Assembly: GCA_963728205.1 (NCBI GenBank)
Contig: CAVSIV010000001.1
Coordinates: 1,088,001 to 1,152,000, forward strand
Origin: an uncultured Chloroflexia bacterium
Lineage (GTDB): Bacteria > Chloroflexota > Dehalococcoidia > UBA2979
Direction of reading: 5' to 3'
DNA length: 64,000 nt
Numbering within the stretch: the first letter of the stretch is position 1; every line of letters begins with the position of its first letter. Shown one piece after another: positions 38,472 through 47,837 of this stretch. Below the pieces are notes generated by a model. That model was not told the DNA's origin, ran no database searches, and saw only the letters and a program-made list of their open reading frames with translations. Both the position numbers and the translations under genes were made by a program.

Positions 38472-38860
38472 CTACTCGGCGGCCGGCGACGCCGGGGCGA
38501 GCGGCGTCTGCTGATGCAGCACGAGCCGCCAGTGGCCGTCGCGACGCGCGTAGACGGTCGTGACCAGCGCGCAGTACTCGCCGCTGCCGTCGCGGTGCGC
38601 GACGGCGCGATAGGTGAGCGCAGCGGCATCCGCCGCCGGCGTGACGACGCGCGCGTTCGTCAGCCGAACGTCGCTCCACGGCGCGGACGCTTCGACGGCC
38701 GCGATCGTGGCGGGGTAGTCGAGCACGCCGGGCGGCTCCGGGAAGACGAGCAGTCCGTCCGGGGCCATGTGCTCGCGATAGAAGGAGCCGTCGCCGGCGG
38801 CGCGCCAGAATGCCTCCTCCAGGCGACGAGCGTGTCCCGCAGCGCGTGATCGTCGCTCAC
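38472..38860 (-). CDS. NTF2-like (DUF4440) protein; apparent 1-base deletion near 38822
   Basis: EEAFWRAA..FYREHM..., TYRA, TTVY..WRLVLHQQTP; the N-terminus MSDDHALRDTLV is in another frame. Confidence 0.75.
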
Positions 38861-38868
38861 GCCGCGGC

Positions 38869-39138
38869 TCAGCCCTCCGTGCCGGTGCGCTCGTTGATCA
38901 CCTCGCGGATGTGGGTGACCCGCTCGACGGCGTCGAGCGCCGCGTCTTCGTCCGCCTCGAGCGACTCGCGCGCACCCTCGACGAGCGCCGCGGCGCCGCC
39001 GTAGGCGATGAACCACTCGAGGCCCTGGAGCAGGGGAATCAGCGGCGCGCGGCTGCTGCGGCGGTGGCGCAGGTACCCCCACACCACGCCCGCGACGGCG
39101 GCGGCCAGTGCGAATCGGAACTGCTGATTGTCGCTCAT
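38869..39138 (-). CDS. Small membrane protein
   Basis: 89 aa, two hydrophobic segments, SD GGGGAG. Confidence 0.6.
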   Translation of the reverse strand: MSDNQQFRFALAAAVAGVVWGYLRHRRSSRAPLIPLLQGLEWFIAYGGAAALVEGARESLEADEDAALDAVERVTHIREVINERTGTEG

Positions 39139-39257
39139 TGAGGACTCCCCCTGTGCGGACCGCGGTACCGCCATGCTACGGGGGCCCTGCACACCGGTAC
39201 AGGTCAGGCCGGCCCCGGGCACGGGCCGCAGGCGCCGCAGACGCTACACTCCGCGCC

Positions 39258-42200
39258 GTGAACGAGCTGCTCGCCGGCTGGTGGTTCGCGCTCCTCCGCC
39301 TGCGCGCGAGCTGGCGGCTGATGGCCGTGGCGGCGCTGGGCGTGGTCGTCGCCGCGACGCTGCTCGCCGTCGCGCCAATCTACGCGCAATCGATGTCGGA
39401 CCTCGGCCTGCGCTTCCGCCTCGAGCGTGGCCTCCCCACCGCGTCGGACCGCGCCACGTGGCTCGAGGTCGACCACCTCCTGATCGGGGACCCGGTCGAC
39501 GTCCAGACGCGCGAGGCGATCGACCGCGTGACGGCGGCCCGCGTCGGCTGGCTGGCAGCGGGCGGGGAGACGATCACCGAGGAGCGGTCCGGACGCCTCG
39601 ACCTCGGCTTCGTCGGCTACGAGGCGCAGGCGCCGGAACAGCCGGTGGCCGTGACCGGGCAGCCCGCGCAGCCCGTCCGGCAGAACTGGGGTGCGTTCCT
39701 CTACTCGCTCTCGAACTTCGAGCAGCACGTGCACGTCACGGCCGGACGCCTGCCCGGCCCCTCCGCCAACGGCGCCGAGGTCGTCCTGCCCGCTGGCTTC
39801 CAGAAGTTCGCGGCCGTCGGCGACCAGGTGCGCATCGCAGGGCCCGGCTACGACGACTGCCAGCACCTGCCGAGCTCCGACGACCCCCAAATCGCGCAGG
39901 ACGAGGTGCGGTGCCGGCCGACGCTGACGGTGACCACGAGCATGACGGCGACGGTGGTCGGCTTCGTCGCGCCGAACGACCCGCAGGACCAGCGCTGGCA
40001 GCTCTTCGACGGATCGTGGCAGGTGCCCGACGCGCCGTTCCTCCCGCGCCTCAGCCAGTCGACGGGCGAGATCGCGCTCGGCGAGGCCCAGGCAGGCCGC
40101 GGCTCGATGCCGCTGCTCACCACGCGCGACCAGTACTTCGGCGCGTTCGCGCAGCGGCTCCCGGAGCTGCCGACGCGCCACCGCGCCGGCTTCGTGGACG
40201 CGCCGGGCGCGCTGGCGCTGCGCGACGTGCCACGCGCCATCGCGGACCTGCACGCGTGGCGGTCGGACGTCGGCGACACGCTGGGGCTGGTCGCGCCGTC
40301 GCACATGCCGGTGCTCGATCAGCTCGAGCAGTTCCGCAACACGCAGACGTTCTCGCAGGTCCCGCTGCTGCTGATCCTGCTGCAGGTGGTCGGCATCGTG
40401 ATCTACTACGTCGCGGTGGTGATGGGACTGCTGCTCGAGCGGCAGGCGGAAGAGGTCGGCGTCTACCGCAGCCGCGGGGCGAGCACGTCGCAGATCGTCG
40501 GGCTGACGCTGATCGAGGGGCTGGTGATGGCGGTGCCGGCGGCGGTGGTCGGGCCGTGGCTGGCCGCGTGGCTGGTCGGTGCGCTCGGTCGCACGCCGAC
40601 GTTCCACGCGATCACCGGCGGTGCGTCGCTGCCCGTACGCGTGCCGCCCGACGCGCCGCTGCTCGCCGCCGGCGGCGCCGCGCTCGCGCTCGTCGCGATG
40701 CTCCTCCCCGCGCTGGTCGCGGCGCGCCGCGGCATCGTCGACGTGAAGCGCGAGCAGTCGCGCCCGGCCGGACGCGGGCTCGTGCAGCGGTACTACCTCG
40801 ATCTCGCGATCGTCGCGTTCGCGGTGCTGCTGGTCGTGCAGCTGCGGCAGCGCGGCTCGGTGTACGACCCGAACGCGGTCGGCGGCTGGTCGGCCGACCC
40901 GCTGCTGTTGCTGTCGCCGCTGGTGATCACGCTCGCGGTCGCGGCGCTCGTGCTGCGCTTCTATCCGCCGCTACTGCGGATCGCGGTGCGCGGGTTGCTG
41001 CTGCTGAAAGGCACGGCGGTGGCGCTCGGGCTGCAGCGCGCGGGGCGCTCGCCGACCGCGTACGCGCGCCTCCTGCTGCTGCTCGTGATGGCGATCGCCG
41101 TTGGCACGTTCGCGGCGTCGTACGGGCCGACCGTCGACCGCTCGCTCGCGGAGCGCATTCGCTACGAGGCCGGCGCGGACGTGCGCGGGACGCTGGTGGA
41201 CGCGGCGGACCTGCAGCTCCCTGCGAAGCTCGACCGGGTGCGCGGGCTGCCGGGCGTTGCCGACGCCGCGGTCGCATATCGCGGCGCGATCGAGACGCCG
41301 TCGGGGGCGAAGGTCCCGCTGCTCGCGGTGGACCCGCAGCGGGTCGCGTCGATGCTGTGGTTCCGCGGGGACTTCTCGCAGCAGACGCTCGGGGGCCTGG
41401 CGCGGCAGCTGCAGAGCGAGGTGCCTCCCGGCGGCGGGCTCGCCCTGCCCGACGACGCGCAGGCGGTGCGGGTGCAGGTCTACACGGCCGGCGATCCGGG
41501 CCGCGACTATCTCCAGGCGATCCTGCGCGACGGCGACGGACACGCGCACCTCTCCGGCTTCGACACCCCGACGCACAGCGACGACTGGGAGACGCTGGGC
41601 GCGCAGGTCCTGGCGACGCTGCCGCGGCCGGTCACCTTCGTCGGGCTGCGCGTGAACGACCGGCTCGGCCAGAACCTGCGCACCGAGGGCGCGCTCTACT
41701 TCGACAACGTGGCGGCCGTGCGACCGGGCGGCAAGGTCACGGTGCTCGACGACTTCGAGGGGCCGTTCCGCTGGACGCAGTACACGCAGCGCGACGTGAA
41801 CGAGCCGTTCACGCTGTCGACCGACCAGGCAGCGTCGGGGACGCACTCGGCGAAGTGGCAGTGGCAGCGCCTGATCTCGCCGCGCGTGCGCGTGCTGGCG
41901 CTGCAGGATCCCACCGTGCCGCTGGCGGCGGTGATGAACCAGACGGCGCTCGGTCTCTTCGGCACCGCGCAGGGGCGCGAGACCGAGGCCGTGCTCGGCG
42001 ATCTCAAGGTGCCGCTGGACGTGCGGGCGACGTCATCGCTCTTTCCGACGCTCGATCCGGCGCAGGGGTTCGTCGTCGTGAGCCTCGACCAGCTCCGTGC
42101 GCTGGCGTCGACCGTGGGCTTCAAGGACGGCGAGTTCGCCGACGAGCTGTGGCTGAACTTCCAGCCGGGCTTCCCGCTCGCGGATCAGAAGGCGCTCGTG

Positions 42201-42728
42201 CAGGGGCTGACGGATCGCCTCCACTCGCCCCTGCCGATCGCCGAGCAGGTGCTGCACCAGGAGGCGCAGCTCGACGAGGTGGCGGCGGACCCGACGTTGC
42301 AGGCGTCGGGCACGGGGATCCTCGCGCTCGCGTTCGTGTCGGTGCTCGGGCTGTGCACGCTCGGCTTCGTGGTGACGCTGGTGCTGGGCGCGCGCCACCG
42401 CGTGATCGAGTTCGCGGTGCTGCGGGCCGTGGGGTCGTCGGGGCGGCAGATCCTGCGCGCGATGCTGCTGGAGTGGGGCAGCGTGCTGCTGATCGGCGGT
42501 GCGATCGGCGTCCTGCTCGGGCGGCGCGTCGCGGGGGTGATGCTGTCGTTCCTCAACGTCACGGACCAGGGCGCGCGCGTGCTGCCGCCGTTCATCCTCG
42601 AGACGGACTGGCCCGCGCTGGCGCTCGGCGTGGGCTTCCTGACGGTGGCCGTGCTCGTCGGCCTGTGGATCACGTGGGCCGCCGCGATGCGCCGCGCGAA
42701 CGCCGCGACGCTGCGCATCACGCAGTAG
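39258..42728 (+). CDS. Large FtsX/MacB-type ABC transporter permease (two permease domains)
   Basis: ERQAEEVGVYRSRGAS and EFAVLRAVG motifs, many TM helices; GTG 7 nt after TACACT (leaderless). Confidence 0.85.
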   Translation: MNELLAGWWFALLRLRASWRLMAVAALGVVVAATLLAVAPIYAQSMSDLGLRFRLERGLPTASDRATWLEVDHLLIGDPVDVQTREAIDRVTAARVGWLAAGGETITEERSGRLDLGFVGYEAQAPEQPVAVTGQPAQPVRQNWGAFLYSLSNFEQHVHVTAGRLPGPSANGAEVVLPAGFQKFAAVGDQVRIAGPGYDDCQHLPSSDDPQIAQDEVRCRPTLTVTTSMTATVVGFVAPNDPQDQRWQLFDGSWQVPDAPFLPRLSQSTGEIALGEAQAGRGSMPLLTTRDQYFGAFAQRLPELPTRHRAGFVDAPGALALRDVPRAIADLHAWRSDVGDTLGLVAPSHMPVLDQLEQFRNTQTFSQVPLLLILLQVVGIVIYYVAVVMGLLLERQAEEVGVYRSRGASTSQIVGLTLIEGLVMAVPAAVVGPWLAAWLVGALGRTPTFHAITGGASLPVRVPPDAPLLAAGGAALALVAMLLPALVAARRGIVDVKREQSRPAGRGLVQRYYLDLAIVAFAVLLVVQLRQRGSVYDPNAVGGWSADPLLLLSPLVITLAVAALVLRFYPPLLRIAVRGLLLLKGTAVALGLQRAGRSPTAYARLLLLLVMAIAVGTFAASYGPTVDRSLAERIRYEAGADVRGTLVDAADLQLPAKLDRVRGLPGVADAAVAYRGAIETPSGAKVPLLAVDPQRVASMLWFRGDFSQQTLGGLARQLQSEVPPGGGLALPDDAQAVRVQVYTAGDPGRDYLQAILRDGDGHAHLSGFDTPTHSDDWETLGAQVLATLPRPVTFVGLRVNDRLGQNLRTEGALYFDNVAAVRPGGKVTVLDDFEGPFRWTQYTQRDVNEPFTLSTDQAASGTHSAKWQWQRLISPRVRVLALQDPTVPLAAVMNQTALGLFGTAQGRETEAVLGDLKVPLDVRATSSLFPTLDPAQGFVVVSLDQLRALASTVGFKDGEFADELWLNFQPGFPLADQKALVQGLTDRLHSPLPIAEQVLHQEAQLDEVAADPTLQASGTGILALAFVSVLGLCTLGFVVTLVLGARHRVIEFAVLRAVGSSGRQILRAMLLEWGSVLLIGGAIGVLLGRRVAGVMLSFLNVTDQGARVLPPFILETDWPALALGVGFLTVAVLVGLWITWAAAMRRANAATLRITQ

Positions 42729-42784
42729 GTTCGCCCACCCGCGGCGGCGGCGATCCGCTCGCCCACGCCGCGGCGCGGAGGACT

Positions 42785-43282
42785 CTACGGCGGTGTGATC
42801 GGGGGAAGGCCGCGCTCGCGCGGCGACTGCGACGCGCCGATCCCCTGCTCGAGATCGGACGGGACGCGCATGACGCCCACCGGCTGATTGCCGTCGTAGC
42901 GGACGACGATGACGTCGCCGGGGGACAGGGGCGCCGTGAGCGGCGCAAGACGGAAGAACCGCGTGGTCGCGGCGTAGTGCACCGTCGCGACGCTACCGGA
43001 CGACTCGACCGTCACGCTGTGCTGCGCGGCATCGACGGCGGTGACGGTGCCCGTGCGGAACACGTAGCCGCTCAGCGCGGGAGCGCCGCCGAAGCCGGTG
43101 AAGCCGCCGGGCGCGCGCAGCGCGTCGGCGCTGGGGCCGGCGGCGAGGGCCGGCGCGGGGATCACGAGATCCGTGTGCCCGGGCCGGGTCGCCGCGTCGG
43201 CGAGCCGCGCGCCGAGCGAGGCCCCGGCGGCGCCGGCGAGCAGCACGCCGGCGAGCAACACGAACGGCACGAGGCGCCTCAC
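42785..43282 (-). CDS. Secreted hypothetical protein (OB-fold/DUF5666-like)
   Basis: Signal peptide; GTVTAVD and L.PGD.IVV patterns. Confidence 0.55.
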   Translation of the reverse strand: MRRLVPFVLLAGVLLAGAAGASLGARLADAATRPGHTDLVIPAPALAAGPSADALRAPGGFTGFGGAPALSGYVFRTGTVTAVDAAQHSVTVESSGSVATVHYAATTRFFRLAPLTAPLSPGDVIVVRYDGNQPVGVMRVPSDLEQGIGASQSPRERGLPPITPP

Positions 43283-43665
43283 GGGGCCCCGCTCACGACG
43301 ACGATGCCGGACACCACGAGGCCCGTCTGCGTCTGCTCACCGCCCACGTTGACGCCGACGCCCGTCGCGAGCGGTGCGGCGTCCGCAGCGACGTGCTGCA
43401 GCTCGACGGCGGGTACGCCGGCCGGCAGCGTCACTGCGACGTCGCCCGCCTCGGTGTGCAGGTGCAGCGTGCCGTTTGCGACCTCCGACACCGTGCCGGC
43501 GACGACTCGCTCGGCGGTCGGAGTACCCGGCGCGCCGGCGACCGTCACGGAGAGCGTGTCGCGCTGCGGCTCGTGCGTGTAGACGAAGCTCGCGACGAGC
43601 GCGCCGACGAAGACCACGAGCACGATGGCGCCGTAGACGAGGGTGGAGCGCTGGCGGAGCGACAT
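43279..43665 (-). CDS. Membrane-anchored hypothetical protein (similar OB-like pattern)
   Basis: N-terminal TM; VAGTVSEV; GTGA overlap with the downstream gene. Confidence 0.55.
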   Translation of the reverse strand: MSLRQRSTLVYGAIVLVVFVGALVASFVYTHEPQRDTLSVTVAGAPGTPTAERVVAGTVSEVANGTLHLHTEAGDVAVTLPAGVPAVELQHVAADAAPLATGVGVNVGGEQTQTGLVVSGIVVVSGAP

Positions 43666-43681
43666 GCTCGCAGCGCCGCGA

Positions 43682-44227
43682 CTAGTCGCCGAGCAGGGTG
43701 TCGTACCCGAGGGCGCGGATCTCTTCGACGTACTCGGAGCGCCACCCGGGCGACGGGATGCGGCGCCCCCGCTGGCGGAACTCGCGGTGGTACCGGAGGT
43801 ACTCCTCCTCCAGACGCGTTCGCCACTGCGTCTCTTCCTCGAACACCTCCGGGTCGACGTCCTCGAGCTGGTGCTCGAAGTCGTCCGCCGTGAGGTCGTA
43901 GTCGTCGCGCCAGTACTCGGCGAGGTAGTCGAGCGACTCCTCGAGGTCGCGACGGCAGTCGAGCATGTACGTCTCGAGGACCTGGCCGGCGTCGACGGGC
44001 GTGCCCGGCAGCGCTTCGGCGCGCGCGCAGGAGGCGCACAGCGTGATCAGCTTGCGAGCGTCGCACTCGTCGCCGCGCGGGCAGTGCCGGTGGCGGGGGG
44101 CGAAGGCGTTCAGGCTGGGCTTCCGCGAGTAGCCCACGATCAACTCGTCCTGATCCTGCCCGCAGCGCGGACAGGTCAGCTTGTCGACGAAGATGTCGTT
44201 GATCGCCTGTTCCCAGTTGATCTGCAT
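43682..44227 (-). CDS. Hypothetical Cys-rich, acidic protein (putative Zn-binding)
   Basis: CPRC, HCP...C, CASC; SD GGAGGAG before MQINWEQ. Confidence 0.7.
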   Translation of the reverse strand: MQINWEQAINDIFVDKLTCPRCGQDQDELIVGYSRKPSLNAFAPRHRHCPRGDECDARKLITLCASCARAEALPGTPVDAGQVLETYMLDCRRDLEESLDYLAEYWRDDYDLTADDFEHQLEDVDPEVFEEETQWRTRLEEEYLRYHREFRQRGRRIPSPGWRSEYVEEIRALGYDTLLGD

Positions 44228-44354
44228 CTCCCGCTCCTCCGGCTCTTCCGATCGTACGGGGGCCGGTAATCCTGTCAATTTCGCGGTGCCGCGTAACGGC
44301 GACGTTGCGGACGTGTCGGCGGCATGCGCGATGCCGCCGGCGCGCGGCGCTGCC

Positions 44355-44840
44355 TCACAGATCGTCGGCGTAGCCGCCGGCCTGGCCGGGCATCTCCTCG
44401 ACCTCGATCGCGAGGCGGCGGATGTGGGTGTGTCCCTCGGAGCGCAACGCCGACGCGACCTCGCCCCAGATCCACTCCGCGATCAGCTCGGCGGTCGTGT
44501 TCGCGATCGGCAGGGCGACGACGTCCGACACGGGGAAAACATAACGGCGACTCCCGAAGCACAGCGACCAGGCGCCGTCGCTCTCCTCGATCTGGATCAG
44601 CCGCGAGTCGCGCTGGAGGAGGAAGGCGTGATCGAGGCGGTCGCAGGTCTCGCGCACGATGCGCTTGAGCGCGGAGAAGTCGATCACCCAGGCGTCAGGC
44701 GTGAGATCGCCGTCGACGCGCGCGCGGGCTTCGTAGTTGTGACCGTGGAGGGGTTCGAGCTCATCGCCGAGGGTCGCCATGTGCGACGCTGCGAAGCGCA
44801 GGCGCACGCCCTCGACGGCCACGTGACGCTGGACGCTCAC
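44355..44840 (-). CDS. 6-pyruvoyltetrahydropterin synthase family (T-fold), PTPS-III-type motif
   Basis: FAASH, EPLHGHNY, IDF, LDHAFL, TTAELIA, VEE motifs. Confidence 0.88.
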   Translation of the reverse strand: MSVQRHVAVEGVRLRFAASHMATLGDELEPLHGHNYEARARVDGDLTPDAWVIDFSALKRIVRETCDRLDHAFLLQRDSRLIQIEESDGAWSLCFGSRRYVFPVSDVVALPIANTTAELIAEWIWGEVASALRSEGHTHIRRLAIEVEEMPGQAGGYADDL

Positions 44841-45804
44841 CGCGTGCCTCCCGGTCGGCGGGCCGCTCGGGCGGCGCCAGGGTGAGGATACGAGGGCGCG
44901 CGACGGCTGTGTCGCGCGCCCTCGAGCGTGGCTGGATCTTCATCCCGGCGAGCAGCTCGTCGACCGTGTGCGCCTTCGCGCCGGCGCGTGTGCGAGCCCG
45001 CTCCAGGCGCTCGTGTGCCGGGACGCTGTCGGGCTTGCGGTAGAGCAGGCCCATCGGGATGCTCTTGCCGCGCGCCAGCGCCATCGCCGCCATGAAGTCG
45101 CTCGGGTCGTGGTCGTCGGGGATCGGCTTCGCCGCCGGCTCGATGCCCTCCTTCGGGTTGCCCTTGAGCAGCGCGTACGTGTCGTTGTAGGTGGTGCACG
45201 GCGACTGCACGTGCACGATTGAGAAGCCGGGGTACGCCATCGCGTCGAGGATGGTCTGCTGCAGCTCCTTGACCTGCGACGACATGCCGGTGGCGATGTA
45301 GCCGACGCCGGCCGCGAGGTAGGTCTCGAGCGGGCTCATCTTGTCGTCGAGCTTGCCGTACGGGGTCGTCGGCGTGACGACCTCGAACTCGGTGGTCGGC
45401 GATGCCTGGCCCTTGGTGAGGCCGTAGACGCCGTTGTCCATGACGACGGCGGTGACGTCGAGGTTGCGCTTCGCCTGCGGGCCGATGTGCTCGGCCCCGA
45501 TGCTGAGGAAGTCGCCGTCGCCGGAGACGACCAGTACGTTGAGGTCGGGGCGCGCGGACTTGATGCCGTAGGCGATCGGCAGCGTGCGGCCGTGGATGCC
45601 ATGGATGCCGAACGGCTGCGGGCCCTCCTGCAGGTGCACGAGGTTTCCCGAGCAGCCGATGCCCGCGACGATCACGTTGTGCTCGACCGACTCGTTGCGC
45701 GCGGCGCAGCGCTCGACGAGCGCGCCCTCGATCGCGCGCTTCACGCCGAAGTCACCGCAGCCGGGGCACCACTTGAAGTCGTAGACCGGGTTGCGCTTGC
45801 TCAT
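44761..45804 (-). CDS. korB: 2-oxoacid:ferredoxin oxidoreductase beta subunit (true end probably about 44932)
   Basis: WCPGCGDF, GIGCSG, HGRTLP, GDGD, DNGVYGLTKGQASPT, SPCTTYN motifs. Confidence 0.92.
   Translation of the reverse strand: MSKRNPVYDFKWCPGCGDFGVKRAIEGALVERCAARNESVEHNVIVAGIGCSGNLVHLQEGPQPFGIHGIHGRTLPIAYGIKSARPDLNVLVVSGDGDFLSIGAEHIGPQAKRNLDVTAVVMDNGVYGLTKGQASPTTEFEVVTPTTPYGKLDDKMSPLETYLAAGVGYIATGMSSQVKELQQTILDAMAYPGFSIVHVQSPCTTYNDTYALLKGNPKEGIEPAAKPIPDDHDPSDFMAAMALARGKSIPMGLLYRKPDSVPAHERLERARTRAGAKAHTVDELLAGMKIQPRSRARDTAVARPRILTLAPPERPADREARGERPASRGRRGRAPALRSVAHGDPRR
44891..44924. terminator. Perfect 14-bp hairpin just past the natural-looking end of the oxidoreductase beta subunit
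   Basis: CGAGGGCGCGCGAC-GGCTGT-GTCGCGCGCCCTCG. Confidence 0.5.
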
Positions 45805-47516
45805 ACTCGCGCCAACTTCCCGCTGGTAGCCTGCATTTCCTGCTGGATGGACGCCATCAGGCCGTTCACCTTGAACGGCAGGCCGGTGTACTGCCTGATG
45901 GACCGGGCGTTGACGCCCTGCTCGCGCAGGTACGCCGAGAACTGTCCGAGGTAGTTGAGCTCCGGGACGAGGACCAGCTCCTTCGCGCGCAGCTCGTCGA
46001 GCAGCCCGGCGGGGAACGGGTTCAGGTACATCGTGTAGTACCAGCCGAGATCGGCGCCGTCGGCGGTCAGCCGCTCGTACGCCTCGCGGGCGGAGCCCTT
46101 CGAGCCGCCCCACGGCATCACGACCACCGACGCGCTCGCGCGCTCGGCCTCGTACGTGCCGGTCTCGAGCGCCTTCAGCTTGTTGAACCGGCGCTCGGTC
46201 ATGCGGATGTGGACGTCGGGCAGGTGCGTGGTGTCGCCCTGCTCGTCGTGCTCCGAGCCGTTCGCGACGTAGGCGCCCGGGCCGCCCGGCACGGGGAACG
46301 GGGAGCCGCTCTCGCCCTCGTAGCGCAGGTTGCCGCGCGACCCGTCGGACACCGCGCGGTGCTCGACCTTGACGCGCGAGACATCGGGGCGCGGGATGTC
46401 CTGAGACCGTTCGGCGATGGACGCCTCGGTCAGCAGGATCACGGGGCCCTGGTAGCGCTCGGCCCATGCGATGGCCTCGGCCGCTGCGAAGAACGCCTCT
46501 TCGACGTTGCCCGGCGCGATCACCGGCAGGCGCATGTCGCCGTGCCCGGGGTTCATCGCGACGATGAGGTCGGACTGCTCGGTCTTCGTGGGGAGGCCGG
46601 TCGCCGGCCCGCCGCGCTGCACGTTGGCGACGACGAGCGGGATCTCGGCCATCCATGCGAGCCCGAGTCCCTCGCCCATGAGGCTGAGCCCGGGGCCGGC
46701 GGTGGAGGTCATCACCTTCTTCCCGGCGAAGCCGACGCCGAGGATGCTCGTGATCGACTCGATCTCGGAGGAGGCCTGCCCGACGAAGTGCTCGGGGCCG
46801 GTGAGGTTGGCCTCCATGTAGGTCAGCATCGTGGTGGCCGGCGAGATCGGGTAGCCGATGAAGCAGTCGAGCCCCGCGGCCATCGCGCCGAGGCACGCCG
46901 CCTCGAAGCCCTTGATCAGGATGCGCTCGGCCGTCGCGGTCGGCGGCTCGTCGAGCTCGCTGCCGAGGCTGAGGCCGCTCTTCGCCGCCTCTTCCGCGCC
47001 CATGTGCAGCGCCTTGATGTTGCCCTCGATGATCCGGTCGTCCCCGGGCCGGCCGCGGTCGAACCGAGCACGCACGAAGCCCTCGAGGTACTTGAGGGGG
47101 AACCCGGCGAGGTGCGCGACCGCGCCGATCACGATCATGTTCGCGGCGCGCGGGTTGCCGCTCTCGCGCGCGAGCTTGTCGGCCGGGATGCCGACGGTGT
47201 TCGTGCCGTCCTCCAGCTCGAAGTCCTCCGAGTTGTAGATGACGACGCCACCCTCGCGGAGCTCCTCGACGTTGTGGTCGTACGCGTAGCGGTTCAGCGC
47301 GACCAGCACGTCGAGGTAGTCGCCCGACGAGAGGATGGGCTCGGTGGCGATCCGTGCCTGGCCCCAGGCGGGCCCGCCCTTGATCTGCGACGGGTACGTC
47401 GCGAAGGTCAGGACGTGATACCCGACCTGGGCGGCGGCGGCGGCCATGATCTCCGAACCGCCGACGACGCCCTGTCCGCCCTCACCGGCGAAACGGACGA
47501 CGAGATTCTTGCTCAT
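45801..47516 (-). CDS. korA: 2-oxoacid:ferredoxin oxidoreductase alpha subunit (gamma-alpha fusion)
   Basis: AGEGGQG, YPSQIKGG, GYPISPAT, STAGPG, QRGGPATGLPTKTEQSD motifs. Confidence 0.93.
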   Translation of the reverse strand: MSKNLVVRFAGEGGQGVVGGSEIMAAAAAQVGYHVLTFATYPSQIKGGPAWGQARIATEPILSSGDYLDVLVALNRYAYDHNVEELREGGVVIYNSEDFELEDGTNTVGIPADKLARESGNPRAANMIVIGAVAHLAGFPLKYLEGFVRARFDRGRPGDDRIIEGNIKALHMGAEEAAKSGLSLGSELDEPPTATAERILIKGFEAACLGAMAAGLDCFIGYPISPATTMLTYMEANLTGPEHFVGQASSEIESITSILGVGFAGKKVMTSTAGPGLSLMGEGLGLAWMAEIPLVVANVQRGGPATGLPTKTEQSDLIVAMNPGHGDMRLPVIAPGNVEEAFFAAAEAIAWAERYQGPVILLTEASIAERSQDIPRPDVSRVKVEHRAVSDGSRGNLRYEGESGSPFPVPGGPGAYVANGSEHDEQGDTTHLPDVHIRMTERRFNKLKALETGTYEAERASASVVVMPWGGSKGSAREAYERLTADGADLGWYYTMYLNPFPAGLLDELRAKELVLVPELNYLGQFSAYLREQGVNARSIRQYTGLPFKVNGLMASIQQEMQATSGKLARV

Positions 47517-47837
47517 GACGGCAGGCCTTCTCAGGCTCGCCGGTCGCGTTCGGAACCTCGGTTGCCGTGGGGCGCGACAGGGCGCAACAGAGTCGCCTGG
47601 CGGACCCGGGGCCGGGGCTCACGCCCGCGAAGGGCGGGCAGCTCCATCTCTTCCCTACGCCACGTACGGGCCGCAGCGGAACTCACACTTCGAACAGAAG
47701 TGATTATCAATCTCGCGCACCCGTACGCTCAATTCCGCATTCTCCCCTATCTTAACAGCGGCCGCTCGGCTGTCCGGCGGAGGCGCGTGCGCGCCGGGTC
47801 CGCTATTGGTATCCCGCAGGTCCGCGAGGAGGCGCCC

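Noticed and set aside
38768-38860. Programmed frameshift in the NTF2-like gene
   Set aside because: One missing C in a short C run; no recoding signals
39128-43582. Very long alternative-frame and antisense ORFs (e.g. 39128-43582, 21696-24596, 55924-58086)
   Set aside because: Arg/Ala/Gly/Pro-rich shadow ORFs expected in high-GC DNA; they overlap well-supported genes and lack motifs
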